Virus record (IMG/VR): IMGVR_UViG_3300030380_006811
Location: 55,076 to 119,075 of that record
Length of the DNA stretch: 64,000 bases
Origin: a virus
Strand: one strand, 5' to 3'
The position numbers and the translations under genes are program-made. Shown here piece after piece: positions 1-9,662 of this stretch. How positions within the stretch are numbered: the stretch's first letter is position 1; every line of letters starts with the position of its first letter. The notes beneath the pieces were generated by a model. It was not told the origin of the DNA, did no database searches, and saw only the letters and a program-made list of their open reading frames with translations.

Positions 1-472
1 GGATAATATAAATAGTTTAATATTAACCCCTTATTTAGAAAAAAAATGGGGAGTAACAAGTTATCATAACTATTCATTTGTTAGAGAATTTTGGAATAAT
101 TTTGCTTCATTATTTACATTATTTCCTTTTTATCAAGAAGGGAATAAAAATGATGAAGTTCAACAGTGGGTTAATTACTATAAAACTTCTTTAAAGTATA
201 ATTATGAAACTAATGGTGGTGTTTTTGATTTGTGGATTCAAAATAGCGAATATGCCAATGAAATTTCTAATTACCTAATTAATAAAGACAATAAATTAAA
301 CCCCTTAAACATAACAGGAACGAAATCATCATTTAAAAATTCTGAATTAACAGTAAAAAATTTGTTAAATAGAAGCCAACTTATTACCTTCCCAGATTGG
401 TTTATAGAAATGGTTAACTCAGATGAGGAATTATTAGAACTTTTAAGTAAACAACAATTATTAATATGCTAG
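1..472 (+). CDS. Hypothetical protein, 5'-truncated by window edge
   Basis: The frame of ORF 230..472 is open back to position 2 (DNINSLILTPYLEKKWG...), so the gene starts upstream of the window. Confidence 0.7.
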   Translation, partial: DNINSLILTPYLEKKWGVTSYHNYSFVREFWNNFASLFTLFPFYQEGNKNDEVQQWVNYYKTSLKYNYETNGGVFDLWIQNSEYANEISNYLINKDNKLNPLNITGTKSSFKNSELTVKNLLNRSQLITFPDWFIEMVNSDEELLELLSKQQLLIC

Positions 473-852
473 TAGAAATATCAAATGGAGAGTTATTAGA
501 TAAAGTTTCAATATTAGAGCTAAAAATGCTTAAAATTGAAGATAAAGAAAAATTAGTCAATATTCAAAAAGAATTTGATACATTAAATCCTTTAGCTAAA
601 GAATTATTTGAGCAATTTGGAGGTCAACTACAAAATCATTATCTTGAGTTGGCTCGTATAAATGGGTTATTATGGGATATAGAAGATTGGATTAGAGATT
701 GTGAACGTGAAAAGAGATTTGATGCAGAATTCACTCAGTTAGCTAGATCAGTTTATGTTACTAATGACCAAAGAAGTGAAGTTAAAAAACTTATTAATAT
801 TATGACTAAATCAGGTTTAGTAGAAGAAAAATCATATAAAGATTATAAATGA
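466..852 (+). CDS. DUF6165-like protein
   Basis: EISNGELLDKVSILELK...LWDIED...ARSVYVTNDQRSEVKKLIN...EEKSY pattern. Confidence 0.75.
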   Translation: MLVEISNGELLDKVSILELKMLKIEDKEKLVNIQKEFDTLNPLAKELFEQFGGQLQNHYLELARINGLLWDIEDWIRDCEREKRFDAEFTQLARSVYVTNDQRSEVKKLINIMTKSGLVEEKSYKDYK

Positions 853-1805
853 AGCATTTAGAGGAAACACCTTGGTTTATTTGTGATAAGAATGATGAGA
901 ATTATTGTGCTTATGTAGATACTGATTCTAATTATTTTAATGCAGAGCCTATTCTAAAACATTTATATCCTGATTTTGAATCACTCTCAGATGAAGAAAA
1001 AGATAAGAAATTAGAAGGTGTAGCCTTAGCATATCAAGATATTATTACTGAACATTATGATAATTTAGCTACTAATTGTTTTAATGTTAAACAATTTGAG
1101 TGGTTTGATAAACCTCATTGGCTTGAAATGAAAACTGAATGTGTAATCAGATCAGCTTATTTTAGAGCAACTAGAAGATATGCCCAATGGATTACTAAAC
1201 AAGAAGGTATTGCTAAAGAAACTTTAGATATTAAAGGTCTAGAGTTTATGAAAGCAAATTTTCCACCTATTTTAGGAGATTTCTTTAATAATATTTTACA
1301 ACAAGTACTTAAAGGAGAACAACATAAAAGCATCATTGACCAGATTAAAGTATTTAAAACTCAAATTTTAGATGGAACTATCCCCTTGGCAAAACTAGGT
1401 AACCCTACTGCTGTAAAAAAACTAGATAAATATAGTGGCAAAAGTGCCCGTGCAGGTGAAATGTTTACTGAAATATTAAAAGGTGCCCCTGCTCCAGTAA
1501 GGGCAGCTATTCGTTATAATGATTTACTTAGATTATGGCAATTAGATAGAAAATATAATCTAATTACAATGGCTGATAAAGTAAAATGGATCTATTTAAA
1601 AGATAACCCCTATAAAATAGAGGCATTAGCATTCTTTGATTATGAAATGCCAGATAAAGTAGTTGATTTTTTAGATACTTATGCTGATAGACAAAAAGTA
1701 TTTGATTCAATATTATTAAATAAACTAGAGGGATTTTTTAGTGATTTAGGTTGGTCATTAAATTTAAATCCTTATGTAAACGCTTTAAAATCGTTTGAAA
1801 TTTAA
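849..1805 (+). CDS. Family B DNA polymerase, C-terminal subunit (motif C, palm/thumb) of a split gene
   Basis: YVDTDS (motif C) at residues 22-27, RRYA (KKRYA-like), DIKGLE; no exonuclease or motif A/B. Confidence 0.85.
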   Translation: MKHLEETPWFICDKNDENYCAYVDTDSNYFNAEPILKHLYPDFESLSDEEKDKKLEGVALAYQDIITEHYDNLATNCFNVKQFEWFDKPHWLEMKTECVIRSAYFRATRRYAQWITKQEGIAKETLDIKGLEFMKANFPPILGDFFNNILQQVLKGEQHKSIIDQIKVFKTQILDGTIPLAKLGNPTAVKKLDKYSGKSARAGEMFTEILKGAPAPVRAAIRYNDLLRLWQLDRKYNLITMADKVKWIYLKDNPYKIEALAFFDYEMPDKVVDFLDTYADRQKVFDSILLNKLEGFFSDLGWSLNLNPYVNALKSFEI

Positions 1806-1822
1806 AATAAAATTCGTATATT

Positions 1823-1909
1823 ATGTTAGGATTATGGGATGCAGTAGTAGTGGTTATATTTGTAATATCATTACCAAAAATAATTGAAGCATTTAAAAAA
1901 AGAAAATGA
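1823..1909 (+). CDS. Small membrane peptide, 28 aa (MLGLWDAVVVVIFVISLPKIIEAFKKRK)
   Basis: Fills intergenic gap; hydrophobic stretch plus basic tail; ATGA overlap with next gene. Confidence 0.55.
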   Translation: MLGLWDAVVVVIFVISLPKIIEAFKKRK

Positions 1910-2631
1910 TAAGTAAACAACAATTAAGTTCAGTTATTTCAAAGTATTATTTAAATGGTTTGAATAATCAAGTAAAGTGGAGAATTAAAGATAATACACT
2001 TACAATTTATGCTGGTGAAGCAGGTAGAGTGTGTAGGGTAGTAGCTAATAATTTCCCTTTAGAAGACTCAGAGTTAGGGGTATTTGATACAAATAAATTA
2101 AATAAATTATTATCTATTACAAATGGTGATTTATTAGTATCATTAGAAAAAATGAAGGCAATTTATACTAAAATGCACATTCAGGATTCTAATTTTGATT
2201 TAACTTATTCACTAGCTGATACTTTAATTTTAGGTAAAAATACTTGGTATGATGACCCCGATACATGGGATATAGATCTAAAATTAGAAAATGAAGATGT
2301 AGATTCATTAATTAAAGCTAAAAATGCTTTAGGTGATGTGAATTCAATGTTAATCACTACAACTAATGATTTTGATGGTAATAATATTTGTGAATTTATT
2401 TTTGGTGATAATACAGGATTTTCTAATAAAATTACTTACCAAGTAAATGGAGGGGAAATAAAAGACAATACCTTAAGTATTCCATTTAATTCTGATATAT
2501 TTAAAGATATATTAAATAATAATAAAGATATGGATAGTTGTTCTTTAAAACTATCAAATACGGGGATATTAAAAATAGAATTTGAATCCGAAGATATTAA
2601 AAGTGAATATTTTGTCGCAAGAAACGAATAA
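1906..2631 (+). CDS. DNA polymerase sliding clamp (T4 gp45-like)
   Basis: 241 aa, acidic, ELGVFDTNKLNKLLS and C-terminal SEYFVA patterns; sits between polymerase and clamp loader. Confidence 0.7.
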   Translation: MISKQQLSSVISKYYLNGLNNQVKWRIKDNTLTIYAGEAGRVCRVVANNFPLEDSELGVFDTNKLNKLLSITNGDLLVSLEKMKAIYTKMHIQDSNFDLTYSLADTLILGKNTWYDDPDTWDIDLKLENEDVDSLIKAKNALGDVNSMLITTTNDFDGNNICEFIFGDNTGFSNKITYQVNGGEIKDNTLSIPFNSDIFKDILNNNKDMDSCSLKLSNTGILKIEFESEDIKSEYFVARNE

Positions 2632-3007
2632 AAAACCTGATATGTATGCTGAAGATAAGGCAATTATGCCTTATGGTGATAGTGTAGCTGCTCCCAAAAT
2701 AGAATTAGAAGATACTAATTCGTGGGTTGCAAAACAAACCGTTGATGTAAATAATTATTTAGCAACCAAATTCAAAGAATTAAAAGAAGAATATGCTAAA
2801 CTTATTGCTTTATATAAGTGGAATGAACTTGTAAATAAAGCAGATTTTAGTTTTATCCCCGTTAAGGGGCATATTTATTTTCTTTATCAAAGAGAAAATG
2901 GAAATTTATTCTTATCATTAATTGAACCTGAATTCTGGAATCAACTTTATGTAGGATCAGTAAAATTAGATTCAGATAATAAATGGATAAAAGTTGAAGA
3001 TAGGTAG
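2612..3007 (+). CDS. DUF2452-like protein (probable TTG start at 2612)
   Basis: KKPD...PYGDSVAAPKI...FIPVKGHIYFLY...FLSLIEPEFW...LDSDNKW. Confidence 0.65.
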   Translation: MSQETNKKPDMYAEDKAIMPYGDSVAAPKIELEDTNSWVAKQTVDVNNYLATKFKELKEEYAKLIALYKWNELVNKADFSFIPVKGHIYFLYQRENGNLFLSLIEPEFWNQLYVGSVKLDSDNKWIKVEDR

Positions 3008-3124
3008 GAATATCAATTTTCCTTTTTTATATTATATGTATAATAAATAAACACTTGTAGCTAGGGCACATTGTTATATTTTTGTTTAATCGAGTTAGCT
3101 TAGGCGCTCACAATATAAAATGAT

Positions 3125-3547
3125 ATGAGTACATTAGAAATCTTTGAAAGGCATATAAGTCCTTTCGATATCCTATTTAGGAATCACTTTAAATCTGACA
3201 GCGTATTTAATCCTGTCGCCAATTCAAAACAACCACACCCCCTTAATATATTCTTTGATGATCAAGGACTTCACTTTGAAGTTGCCTGTACTGGGTTAAC
3301 TAAAAAAGATGTAATTTTAGACATTGAAGGCGATATATTAAAAATAAGTTATAAAAAACCAGAAGAAGAAAAGTTTCATGAAGGAACTATTCATAATGGT
3401 TTATCTAAAAAATCATTTGATTTAAGATACAAAATTGCTCCTAAATTTGATTTAGGACAAACCGATGCATCTTTAACAAATGGATTATTAGAAATTTTTA
3501 TACCTTTAGCTGAGGAAGCTAAACCAAAAACAATCAAAATTAAGTAA
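3125..3547 (+). CDS. Small heat-shock protein (Hsp20/IbpA family)
   Basis: PLNI...EVACTGLTKKDV...HNGLSKKSF...ASLTNGLLEIFIP...PKTIKIK alpha-crystallin signature. Confidence 0.9.
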   Translation: MSTLEIFERHISPFDILFRNHFKSDSVFNPVANSKQPHPLNIFFDDQGLHFEVACTGLTKKDVILDIEGDILKISYKKPEEEKFHEGTIHNGLSKKSFDLRYKIAPKFDLGQTDASLTNGLLEIFIPLAEEAKPKTIKIK

Positions 3548-3564
3548 TAAGTTTTATTAAAATA

Positions 3565-3596
3565 TGTGTCCTAGCACATTGTTTTTCGTATATTCA
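3565..3596 (+). promoter_or_regulatory. Host-type promoter upstream of the groES/groEL operon
   Basis: TGTG-N18-CGTATATTCA. Confidence 0.7.
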
Positions 3597-3623
3597 CGTT
3601 ACAAATTATAAACTAAGTTATAT

Positions 3624-3941
3624 ATGACTACTAAAAGAAAATCTATCCAAACTATAAAGGATCCATTATTAGAACCTTATTTCATTACTAAAGATGAATA
3701 TAGCTATACAGTTAAAGAAACGGTTACCTCAAATGTTGATCACTTTAGATCTAATGGTAAAAGTAAAACTTATGAAAAATCTTTATACTACTTCCCTCAG
3801 TTTGATCAGGCTGTAAATAAAATTGCAGAATTAAAAAATACAAAAAAGGATTTTAATAGTCTTAATGAATATATTGAAAATTACAAATTAATAAGAAACC
3901 AAATTAAAAATTATACAAATGGAATTAGAAGCACTGTTTGA
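3624..3941 (+). CDS. Hypothetical protein
   Basis: 105 aa ORF downstream of a promoter motif, overlapping groES start. Confidence 0.7.
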   Translation: MTTKRKSIQTIKDPLLEPYFITKDEYSYTVKETVTSNVDHFRSNGKSKTYEKSLYYFPQFDQAVNKIAELKNTKKDFNSLNEYIENYKLIRNQIKNYTNGIRSTV

Positions 3942-4287
3942 TGCAGTTATAGTTAAACCTCAAGAAATAGAAGAAACCACTTATGGATCTATTATTGTTC
4001 CTGATATTGGGAAGGATAGAAATGAGCACGGTACAGTAATAGCTGTTGGTCCAGGAAGACCAACCCAAATGGGGGGATTTATAGAAACCACAGTTAAACC
4101 TGGGGATAAAGTAATATTACCTACTGTTGGTTTTACAAAACTTCAACATGAAGGAGACGAATATTATATAGGCCCAGAAAACCAAATTTTAGCCAAAGTA
4201 AAACAAAAAATACAAGTTTCGGAATTATTGGAAGAAACTAAAGAAACATTAACTGAAGAAGAAATTAAAGATTTATCAAATGAGTAA
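3919..4287 (+). CDS. groES: Co-chaperonin GroES
   Basis: LFDAVIVKP, TYGSIIVPD mobile loop, GTVIAVGPG, VKPGDKV, ILA. Confidence 0.93.
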   Translation: MELEALFDAVIVKPQEIEETTYGSIIVPDIGKDRNEHGTVIAVGPGRPTQMGGFIETTVKPGDKVILPTVGFTKLQHEGDEYYIGPENQILAKVKQKIQVSELLEETKETLTEEEIKDLSNE

Positions 4288-5902
4288 ACAAGTTGTTTTA
4301 GGTTCTGAAGCAAGAACCAATTTAGTAAAAGGAATTGATATATTAGCAGATGCGGTAGTATCAACATTAGGCCCAAATGGTAGAAATGCAGTTATAGCAA
4401 ACGATCAGGGTGCTCCACAATCTACTAAAGATGGAGTTACAGTTGCAAAATCAATTTCATTAAAGGATCCTAACCAAGAATTAGGAGTTCAATTAGTAAA
4501 ACAAGCTGCAATTAAAACAGCTGAAAAAGCAGGTGATGGTACTACAACATCTACTTTATTAGCTAGAGAAATGATTAAAGCAGGATTAACAGCTTTAAAT
4601 AATAATGAAAATGCAGTTCAAATTAAAAGAGATATAGATGCTACTGTTAAAGAGGTAGTCAATAATCTAAAAAATAATATTGCGGAAGATATTTCAGGTG
4701 AGGAACAATTAGAACAAATCGCTACAATATCAGCAAATAATGATCCTGAAACTGGAAAATTAATTGCTACTGCAATAGAAAAAGTTGGAATGGAAGGGGT
4801 TGTCCACATAGAAGAATCTCGTACAGGTGAAACCTACTTAGAAACTGTTGAAGGGTTACAGTTTGATCGAGGTTATAAATCACCTTATTTTGTTACAAAT
4901 AACAATACTATGACTGCCACACTGGACAATCCCTTAATTCTAATAGCAGATCAAAAAATAACCCAAGTAAAAGAACTATTGCCTATTTTAGAGAGTGTAT
5001 CTTCACAAGCAAAATCTTTATTAATTATTGCTGAAGATATTGATAATGAAGCACTAGCAACTCTTATTGTTAATAAAATGAGAGGTACAATGAAAGTATG
5101 TGCTGTTAAAGCTCCTGATTTTGGTGATAGAAGAAAATTAGTTCTAGAAGATATAGCAATTACAACTGGTGGTCAAGTCTTTAGTAAAGAAAAAGGAATG
5201 AGGTTTGATAAATTTAGTTGGGAATGGTTTGGTGAAGCTAGAACAGCAACAATAGGTAAAGAACAAACAACAATAGTAGATGGAAAAGGAACAGTTGAAT
5301 CAATTGAAACACGTATTGAAGAACTACAGCAACAAATCGACAAAGCAACAACGCCGTTCGAAGTCGAAAAACTCCAAGAAAGACTGGCAAAATTCGTCGG
5401 AGGAGTAGCTATAATTCATGTAGGAGGAAATACAGAAACTGAAATGAAAGAGAAAAAAGATAGAGTTGATGACGCATTACACGCAACAAGAGCTGCTATC
5501 GAAGAAGGAATAGTGCCCGGAGGAGGAACGGCATTATTATATGCCTCTAGTGGCATAAAAGCTAATACAACAGGTGCACAAATTGTAGTTGAAGCATGTG
5601 CTAAACCTTTTAACCAAATTTTAGTTAACGCTGGATATGATGAAGTAAAAGGACAAATTTTAGCTGATAATTTAGTTAATTCTGGTAATGATACTTGGGC
5701 AGGATTTAATATTAAAACTGAAGAAGTAGTTGATATGAAAGAAGCAGGTATTATTGATCCTACTAAAGTAGCTAGAACAGCATTACAAAATGCAGCATCA
5801 GTAGCAGGTACAGTTTTATTAACTGAATGTACAGTAGTAGATGAACCAAGTGAAGATTCAAAACAACCACAAATAGATCCATCAATGATGGGGATGATGT
5901 AA
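4280..5902 (+). CDS. groEL: Chaperonin GroEL
   Basis: TLGPNGRN, TKDGVTVAK, AGDGTTT, GLQFDRGY, KAPDFGDRRK, EEGIVPGGG, IIDPTKV, MMGMM tail. Confidence 0.98.
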   Translation: MSKQVVLGSEARTNLVKGIDILADAVVSTLGPNGRNAVIANDQGAPQSTKDGVTVAKSISLKDPNQELGVQLVKQAAIKTAEKAGDGTTTSTLLAREMIKAGLTALNNNENAVQIKRDIDATVKEVVNNLKNNIAEDISGEEQLEQIATISANNDPETGKLIATAIEKVGMEGVVHIEESRTGETYLETVEGLQFDRGYKSPYFVTNNNTMTATLDNPLILIADQKITQVKELLPILESVSSQAKSLLIIAEDIDNEALATLIVNKMRGTMKVCAVKAPDFGDRRKLVLEDIAITTGGQVFSKEKGMRFDKFSWEWFGEARTATIGKEQTTIVDGKGTVESIETRIEELQQQIDKATTPFEVEKLQERLAKFVGGVAIIHVGGNTETEMKEKKDRVDDALHATRAAIEEGIVPGGGTALLYASSGIKANTTGAQIVVEACAKPFNQILVNAGYDEVKGQILADNLVNSGNDTWAGFNIKTEEVVDMKEAGIIDPTKVARTALQNAASVAGTVLLTECTVVDEPSEDSKQPQIDPSMMGMM

Positions 5903-5918
5903 AATAATTTCGTATATT

Positions 5919-6188
5919 ATGGCTACAAAGATTGAAGAAAAAAACATATTAATTGCTAGGAGAGTACCACCTGGTGATAAATGGAGATTAGTCGCAAATG
6001 AACCAGATGGTCCTGTACATAAGTCTTTAACTGATACTTTAGAGGCTTATATGGTAAAAACTGGATTTAAAGGGCATTATAGATTAGAACCATTAAAAAG
6101 TAGTTTATATGCAATTGATTCTAAGGAAACAGAAGTAATACCAGAACCAGAAAAGAAATATAGCATTTATGGAGAATATGGATCATAG
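5919..6188 (+). CDS. Hypothetical protein
   Basis: 89 aa ORF tightly packed between groEL and clamp loader. Confidence 0.7.
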   Translation: MATKIEEKNILIARRVPPGDKWRLVANEPDGPVHKSLTDTLEAYMVKTGFKGHYRLEPLKSSLYAIDSKETEVIPEPEKKYSIYGEYGS

Positions 6189-7095
6189 TTTATTAGTAGA
6201 GAAATTTAGACCTAAAACATTAAATAACTACGTTGGTAATGAAAATGTTAAAAAGGCTATAGCATCCTACTTAAACCAAAATGATATACAAAATTTTATA
6301 TTTTATGGACCTGCAGGTACAGGAAAAACAACATTAGCAAAGATTATTGTTAATAGCTTAGATTGCGACCATTTATACATTAATGCTTCTGATGAACGTG
6401 GTATTGAAACTATTAGGGATAAAGTCTCTAGTTTTGCATCGGTTGCTTCATTTAAACCCCTTAAAGTAGTTATTTTAGATGAAGCTGATTTTCTTACAAT
6501 TCAAGCCCAAGCATCACTTAGAAATATAATTGAAACATTTTCACGTACTACAAGGTTTATTATGACTTGTAATTTTATAGAACGTATTATTGATCCTTTA
6601 CAATCTAGATGCCAAGTACTTAAAATTGTACCTCCAACTAAAAAAGACGTTGCTAAACATTTAAGTTGGATTTGCAATGAAGAATCAATTACACATGAAA
6701 TAAGTGAGTTAGTACCTCTAGTTAATCAATATTACCCTGATTTACGTAAATGTATTAATACTATACAGTTGTCAACTGTAGATGGTGGTGCAAATGATTT
6801 ATATCTTAAATTAGATCAATCAATATTAGTATCATCTAATTACATAGATAAAGTTATTACTGCTTTAGCCAATAAATCTAAATTTAATAATATTCGTCAA
6901 ATTATAGCTGATGCTAATGTAGATGATTTTGACGAATTATTTAGGGCATTATATGAGAGAGCATCTGAATACTTACCAGGTAAAGAGGGTACAGTTGCTA
7001 TTTTAGTTAATGATCACCAATATAAAGCAAATTTCCGAATCGACAAGGAAATAAATATCATGTCGCTAATTTCAAATTTAATAAATAATAAATAA
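6169..7095 (+). CDS. Clamp loader AAA+ subunit (RFC small / T4 gp44-like)
   Basis: VEKFRP, GPAGTGKTT, INASDERGIETIR, ILDEAD, QASLR, SRC. Confidence 0.95.
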   Translation: MENMDHSLLVEKFRPKTLNNYVGNENVKKAIASYLNQNDIQNFIFYGPAGTGKTTLAKIIVNSLDCDHLYINASDERGIETIRDKVSSFASVASFKPLKVVILDEADFLTIQAQASLRNIIETFSRTTRFIMTCNFIERIIDPLQSRCQVLKIVPPTKKDVAKHLSWICNEESITHEISELVPLVNQYYPDLRKCINTIQLSTVDGGANDLYLKLDQSILVSSNYIDKVITALANKSKFNNIRQIIADANVDDFDELFRALYERASEYLPGKEGTVAILVNDHQYKANFRIDKEINIMSLISNLINNK

Positions 7096-7097
7096 TT

Positions 7098-7340
7098 ATG
7101 GAACAACCGGTTCAACAACCTAAAATTGATTTATCAAACACTACTGCCTTAAAAAATTTTGATGGTGGTGATACTTTTAAACAAGCATTTATAATCAGAA
7201 AAGTCTCTAGATTTGTAACAGGTACAGATGAAGACGCTATGATGCCAATTCCAGTGTTTGTATGCACAGAATCAGGAAAAATTGTAGGAGAAGGATTACC
7301 ACCTGAATTAAGAGAAGAATATAAGGATCAACTTCTTTAA
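7098..7340 (+). CDS. Hypothetical protein, clamp-loader associated
   Basis: 80 aa ORF between the two clamp-loader subunits. Confidence 0.7.
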   Translation: MEQPVQQPKIDLSNTTALKNFDGGDTFKQAFIIRKVSRFVTGTDEDAMMPIPVFVCTESGKIVGEGLPPELREEYKDQLL

Positions 7341-7756
7341 TGAAAAATATTTTTGATTGGTTAAAAGCAATTAATACTACAAAACCTCCCGTAGAGTCCT
7401 TTACAGATAAAGATTGGGAGGTTTGGAATAGTTATATGATTCATAGATTTATTAGTATGAATCTTGATTATTTAGATATAGTAAATTATGTTCAAGAATT
7501 TCCTCCACAGGAGAAAAAAATGATTTATAATATCTATAAAGAATTTATTCCTAAAAACAGTAAATGGAATAAATATATTAAATCAAGCAATAAAGAACCA
7601 AATAAAGATTTAGTAGAACACATTAAAAACTATTACGAATGTTCAGTAAGAGAGGCAAAAGAATATTTATGTATATTAGACCAAATAGATATAAAAAGTA
7701 TATTATCTAGTATGGGATTAGAAAAAAAAGAAATAACTAAATTAATTAAATTATGA
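7340..7756 (+). CDS. Clamp loader small subunit (T4 gp62-like)
   Basis: IFDWLKAIN, WNSYMIHRFISM, IKNYYECSVREAKEYL pattern; context. Confidence 0.75.
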   Translation: MKNIFDWLKAINTTKPPVESFTDKDWEVWNSYMIHRFISMNLDYLDIVNYVQEFPPQEKKMIYNIYKEFIPKNSKWNKYIKSSNKEPNKDLVEHIKNYYECSVREAKEYLCILDQIDIKSILSSMGLEKKEITKLIKL

Positions 7757-7980
7757 ATTTACAAGTGTATAAATTTTTAAAATCTGAAGCTGAAGCTGAT
7801 AAAAATAAAGCTTTAGCAAGTATAGAATTACTAACTAACCATCCAGCGGGAATAGGTGATCATTCAACTAAAGACTATTGGGATAATTGCACTGAAGCAT
7901 TAAAATTATTATCTTCTGCAGATGAAAGGTTAGAAATTTTAGAAAAATATTTTCAAATTAAAGATCAAGTTAATGGGTGA
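7753..7980 (+). CDS. Hypothetical protein
   Basis: 75 aa helical ORF with PAGIGDH motif. Confidence 0.7.
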   Translation: MNLQVYKFLKSEAEADKNKALASIELLTNHPAGIGDHSTKDYWDNCTEALKLLSSADERLEILEKYFQIKDQVNG

Positions 7981-8443
7981 TAGTGTAAGTAAGTACTATG
8001 AATTAGTTAGTGAAGAAGAATTTGATAAATTAGTTGAAAATGATAAAGCTGATTTGGGAGCATCTTTAGAAAAACAAGCTAAGCATACTAATTGGGAAGA
8101 AGAATATATGGATGTTATAACTCACTTTGAAAAGGAATACCCAGAATTATCATCTGAATTTAAATTAATCCAAAAAGAAATGTATGATATGTTTGCTCGC
8201 AAACATATGGATTATGGTTTAAATAATATTGCTTTAGGTGGTGATTTAACTAATGCGGAAGATAAAAAATTTTCACTTACTGGTTTAGCAATTAGATTAA
8301 CTGATAAAATTAGTAGATTAAAAAACCTCCTTATTAACGGCAAAAATTTTGTTGAAGGTGAAGGAATGGAAGATACGTTTATTGATATAGCCAATTATGG
8401 AATAATTGGATTGTTAGTAGGACGTGACAAATGGAAAAAATAA
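7973..8443 (+). CDS. DUF1599 (nucleotide-modification-associated domain) protein
   Basis: RKHMDYG, RLTDKISRLKNL, EDTFIDIANYGII. Confidence 0.75.
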   Translation: MGDSVSKYYELVSEEEFDKLVENDKADLGASLEKQAKHTNWEEEYMDVITHFEKEYPELSSEFKLIQKEMYDMFARKHMDYGLNNIALGGDLTNAEDKKFSLTGLAIRLTDKISRLKNLLINGKNFVEGEGMEDTFIDIANYGIIGLLVGRDKWKK

Positions 8444-8446
8444 ATT

Positions 8447-9415
8447 TTGGCTAGAAAAATACCTAGAATAGTTAGGGAAATTAGAAATAATCCACCCCAA
8501 GAGATTAATTTTGCTTATCAAAAAAATGTCTCTTATTCGCAAATGTCTATATTTCGTAGTTGTCCCCATCGTTGGAAATTACAATATAAAGATAAAATTA
8601 GGGTATTTACATCTTCAATTCATACTGTATTTGGGACAGCCATCCATGAGGTATTACAACATTATTTAGATATAATGTTTGATACTAGTGCTGCTAATGC
8701 CGATAGAATTGATTTAGAAGAATTATTCCAAGAAAAATTTATTGGCGAATACCAAAACCAATATAAAAGAAATAATAATCAACATTTTTCATCTGCTGAA
8801 GAAATGAGGGAATTTTTTGAAGATGGAGTTGGGATCCTAAATTGGTTTAAAAAGAAAAGATCTAGATATTTTTCAAGAAGAGGTTATCATTTAGTAGGAT
8901 GTGAGTTACCTATAATAATTTCTCCAAATAAAATGTATAACAACATAAAATACACAGGGTATCTAGATGTTGTATTATATCATGAACCAACTCAGACATT
9001 CAAGATAATCGACATTAAAACCAGTACTAAGGGGTGGAATGCTAGAGATAAGAAAAATGAAGATAAACAATATCAATTACTTTTATATAAACAATTTTTT
9101 AGTGAACAATATGGGGTTCCATTAAATAATATTGATATTGAATTTTTTATTGTAAAAAGAAAAGTATTAGATTGGGATGATGAAAATATTATGTCTCCCC
9201 ATCAAGCTTATAGAGTACAAACATTTGCCCCACCTAGTGGGAAAATTAAACTAGGAAGAGCTAAAAGAGCAATTACTAACTTTATAAACGAATGTTTTAA
9301 TGTAAATGGGGATATTAAAGACATAGAATATCCAAAATCAGTTTCAAAATGGAATTGTATGTTTTGTCCTTTTAAAGAAGATAAAGAAACTTGTGGAGAA
9401 GGTATAATTTACTAA
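8447..9415 (+). CDS. PD-(D/E)XK nuclease, RecB/AddB/Cas4-like, probable Fe-S cluster
   Basis: SYSQ...CP, GTAIHE, GYLD, IIDIKTS, QLLLY, C-terminal CMFCPF...C. Confidence 0.85.
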   Translation: MARKIPRIVREIRNNPPQEINFAYQKNVSYSQMSIFRSCPHRWKLQYKDKIRVFTSSIHTVFGTAIHEVLQHYLDIMFDTSAANADRIDLEELFQEKFIGEYQNQYKRNNNQHFSSAEEMREFFEDGVGILNWFKKKRSRYFSRRGYHLVGCELPIIISPNKMYNNIKYTGYLDVVLYHEPTQTFKIIDIKTSTKGWNARDKKNEDKQYQLLLYKQFFSEQYGVPLNNIDIEFFIVKRKVLDWDDENIMSPHQAYRVQTFAPPSGKIKLGRAKRAITNFINECFNVNGDIKDIEYPKSVSKWNCMFCPFKEDKETCGEGIIY

Positions 9416-9461
9416 ACTCCTAATATATGTATATAAAAATAATGTTATTAAAATAAAGATT

Positions 9462-9662
9462 ATGAGTATAAAAAAAGACATGACACTTACAAGTGTTAAA
9501 GTTAAAAGCGATCTATTTGAGAATTTTAAGATTGAGTGTGTGAAACGGAAATTTTCTTTTCAAAAACTTGCCGATCGGGCTTTGTTTTTGTATCTTACTG
9601 ATGAAGATTTTCGTAAACAAATTACTAATCAAATAAATCTCGATATAGAAAATGGACAATAA
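9462..9662 (+). CDS. Small putative DNA-binding protein (ribbon-helix-helix-like)
   Basis: LTSVKV strand followed by two predicted helices; heads the glycosyltransferase cluster. Confidence 0.5.
   Translation: MSIKKDMTLTSVKVKSDLFENFKIECVKRKFSFQKLADRALFLYLTDEDFRKQITNQINLDIENGQ

Noticed and set aside
849-920. Split intein or group I intron explaining the polymerase break
   Set aside because: No intein C-terminal motif before motif C and no structured intron sequence; upstream DNA is ordinary coding sequence
3560-3590. CIRCE heat-shock operator upstream of groES/groEL
   Set aside because: CTAGCAC resembles a half-site only; no TTAGCACTC-N9-GAGTGCTAA inverted repeat
8447-9415. CRISPR-Cas system suggested by the Cas4-like nuclease
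   Set aside because: No repeat-spacer array or other cas genes seen; stand-alone PD-(D/E)XK nucleases are common in phage replication modules
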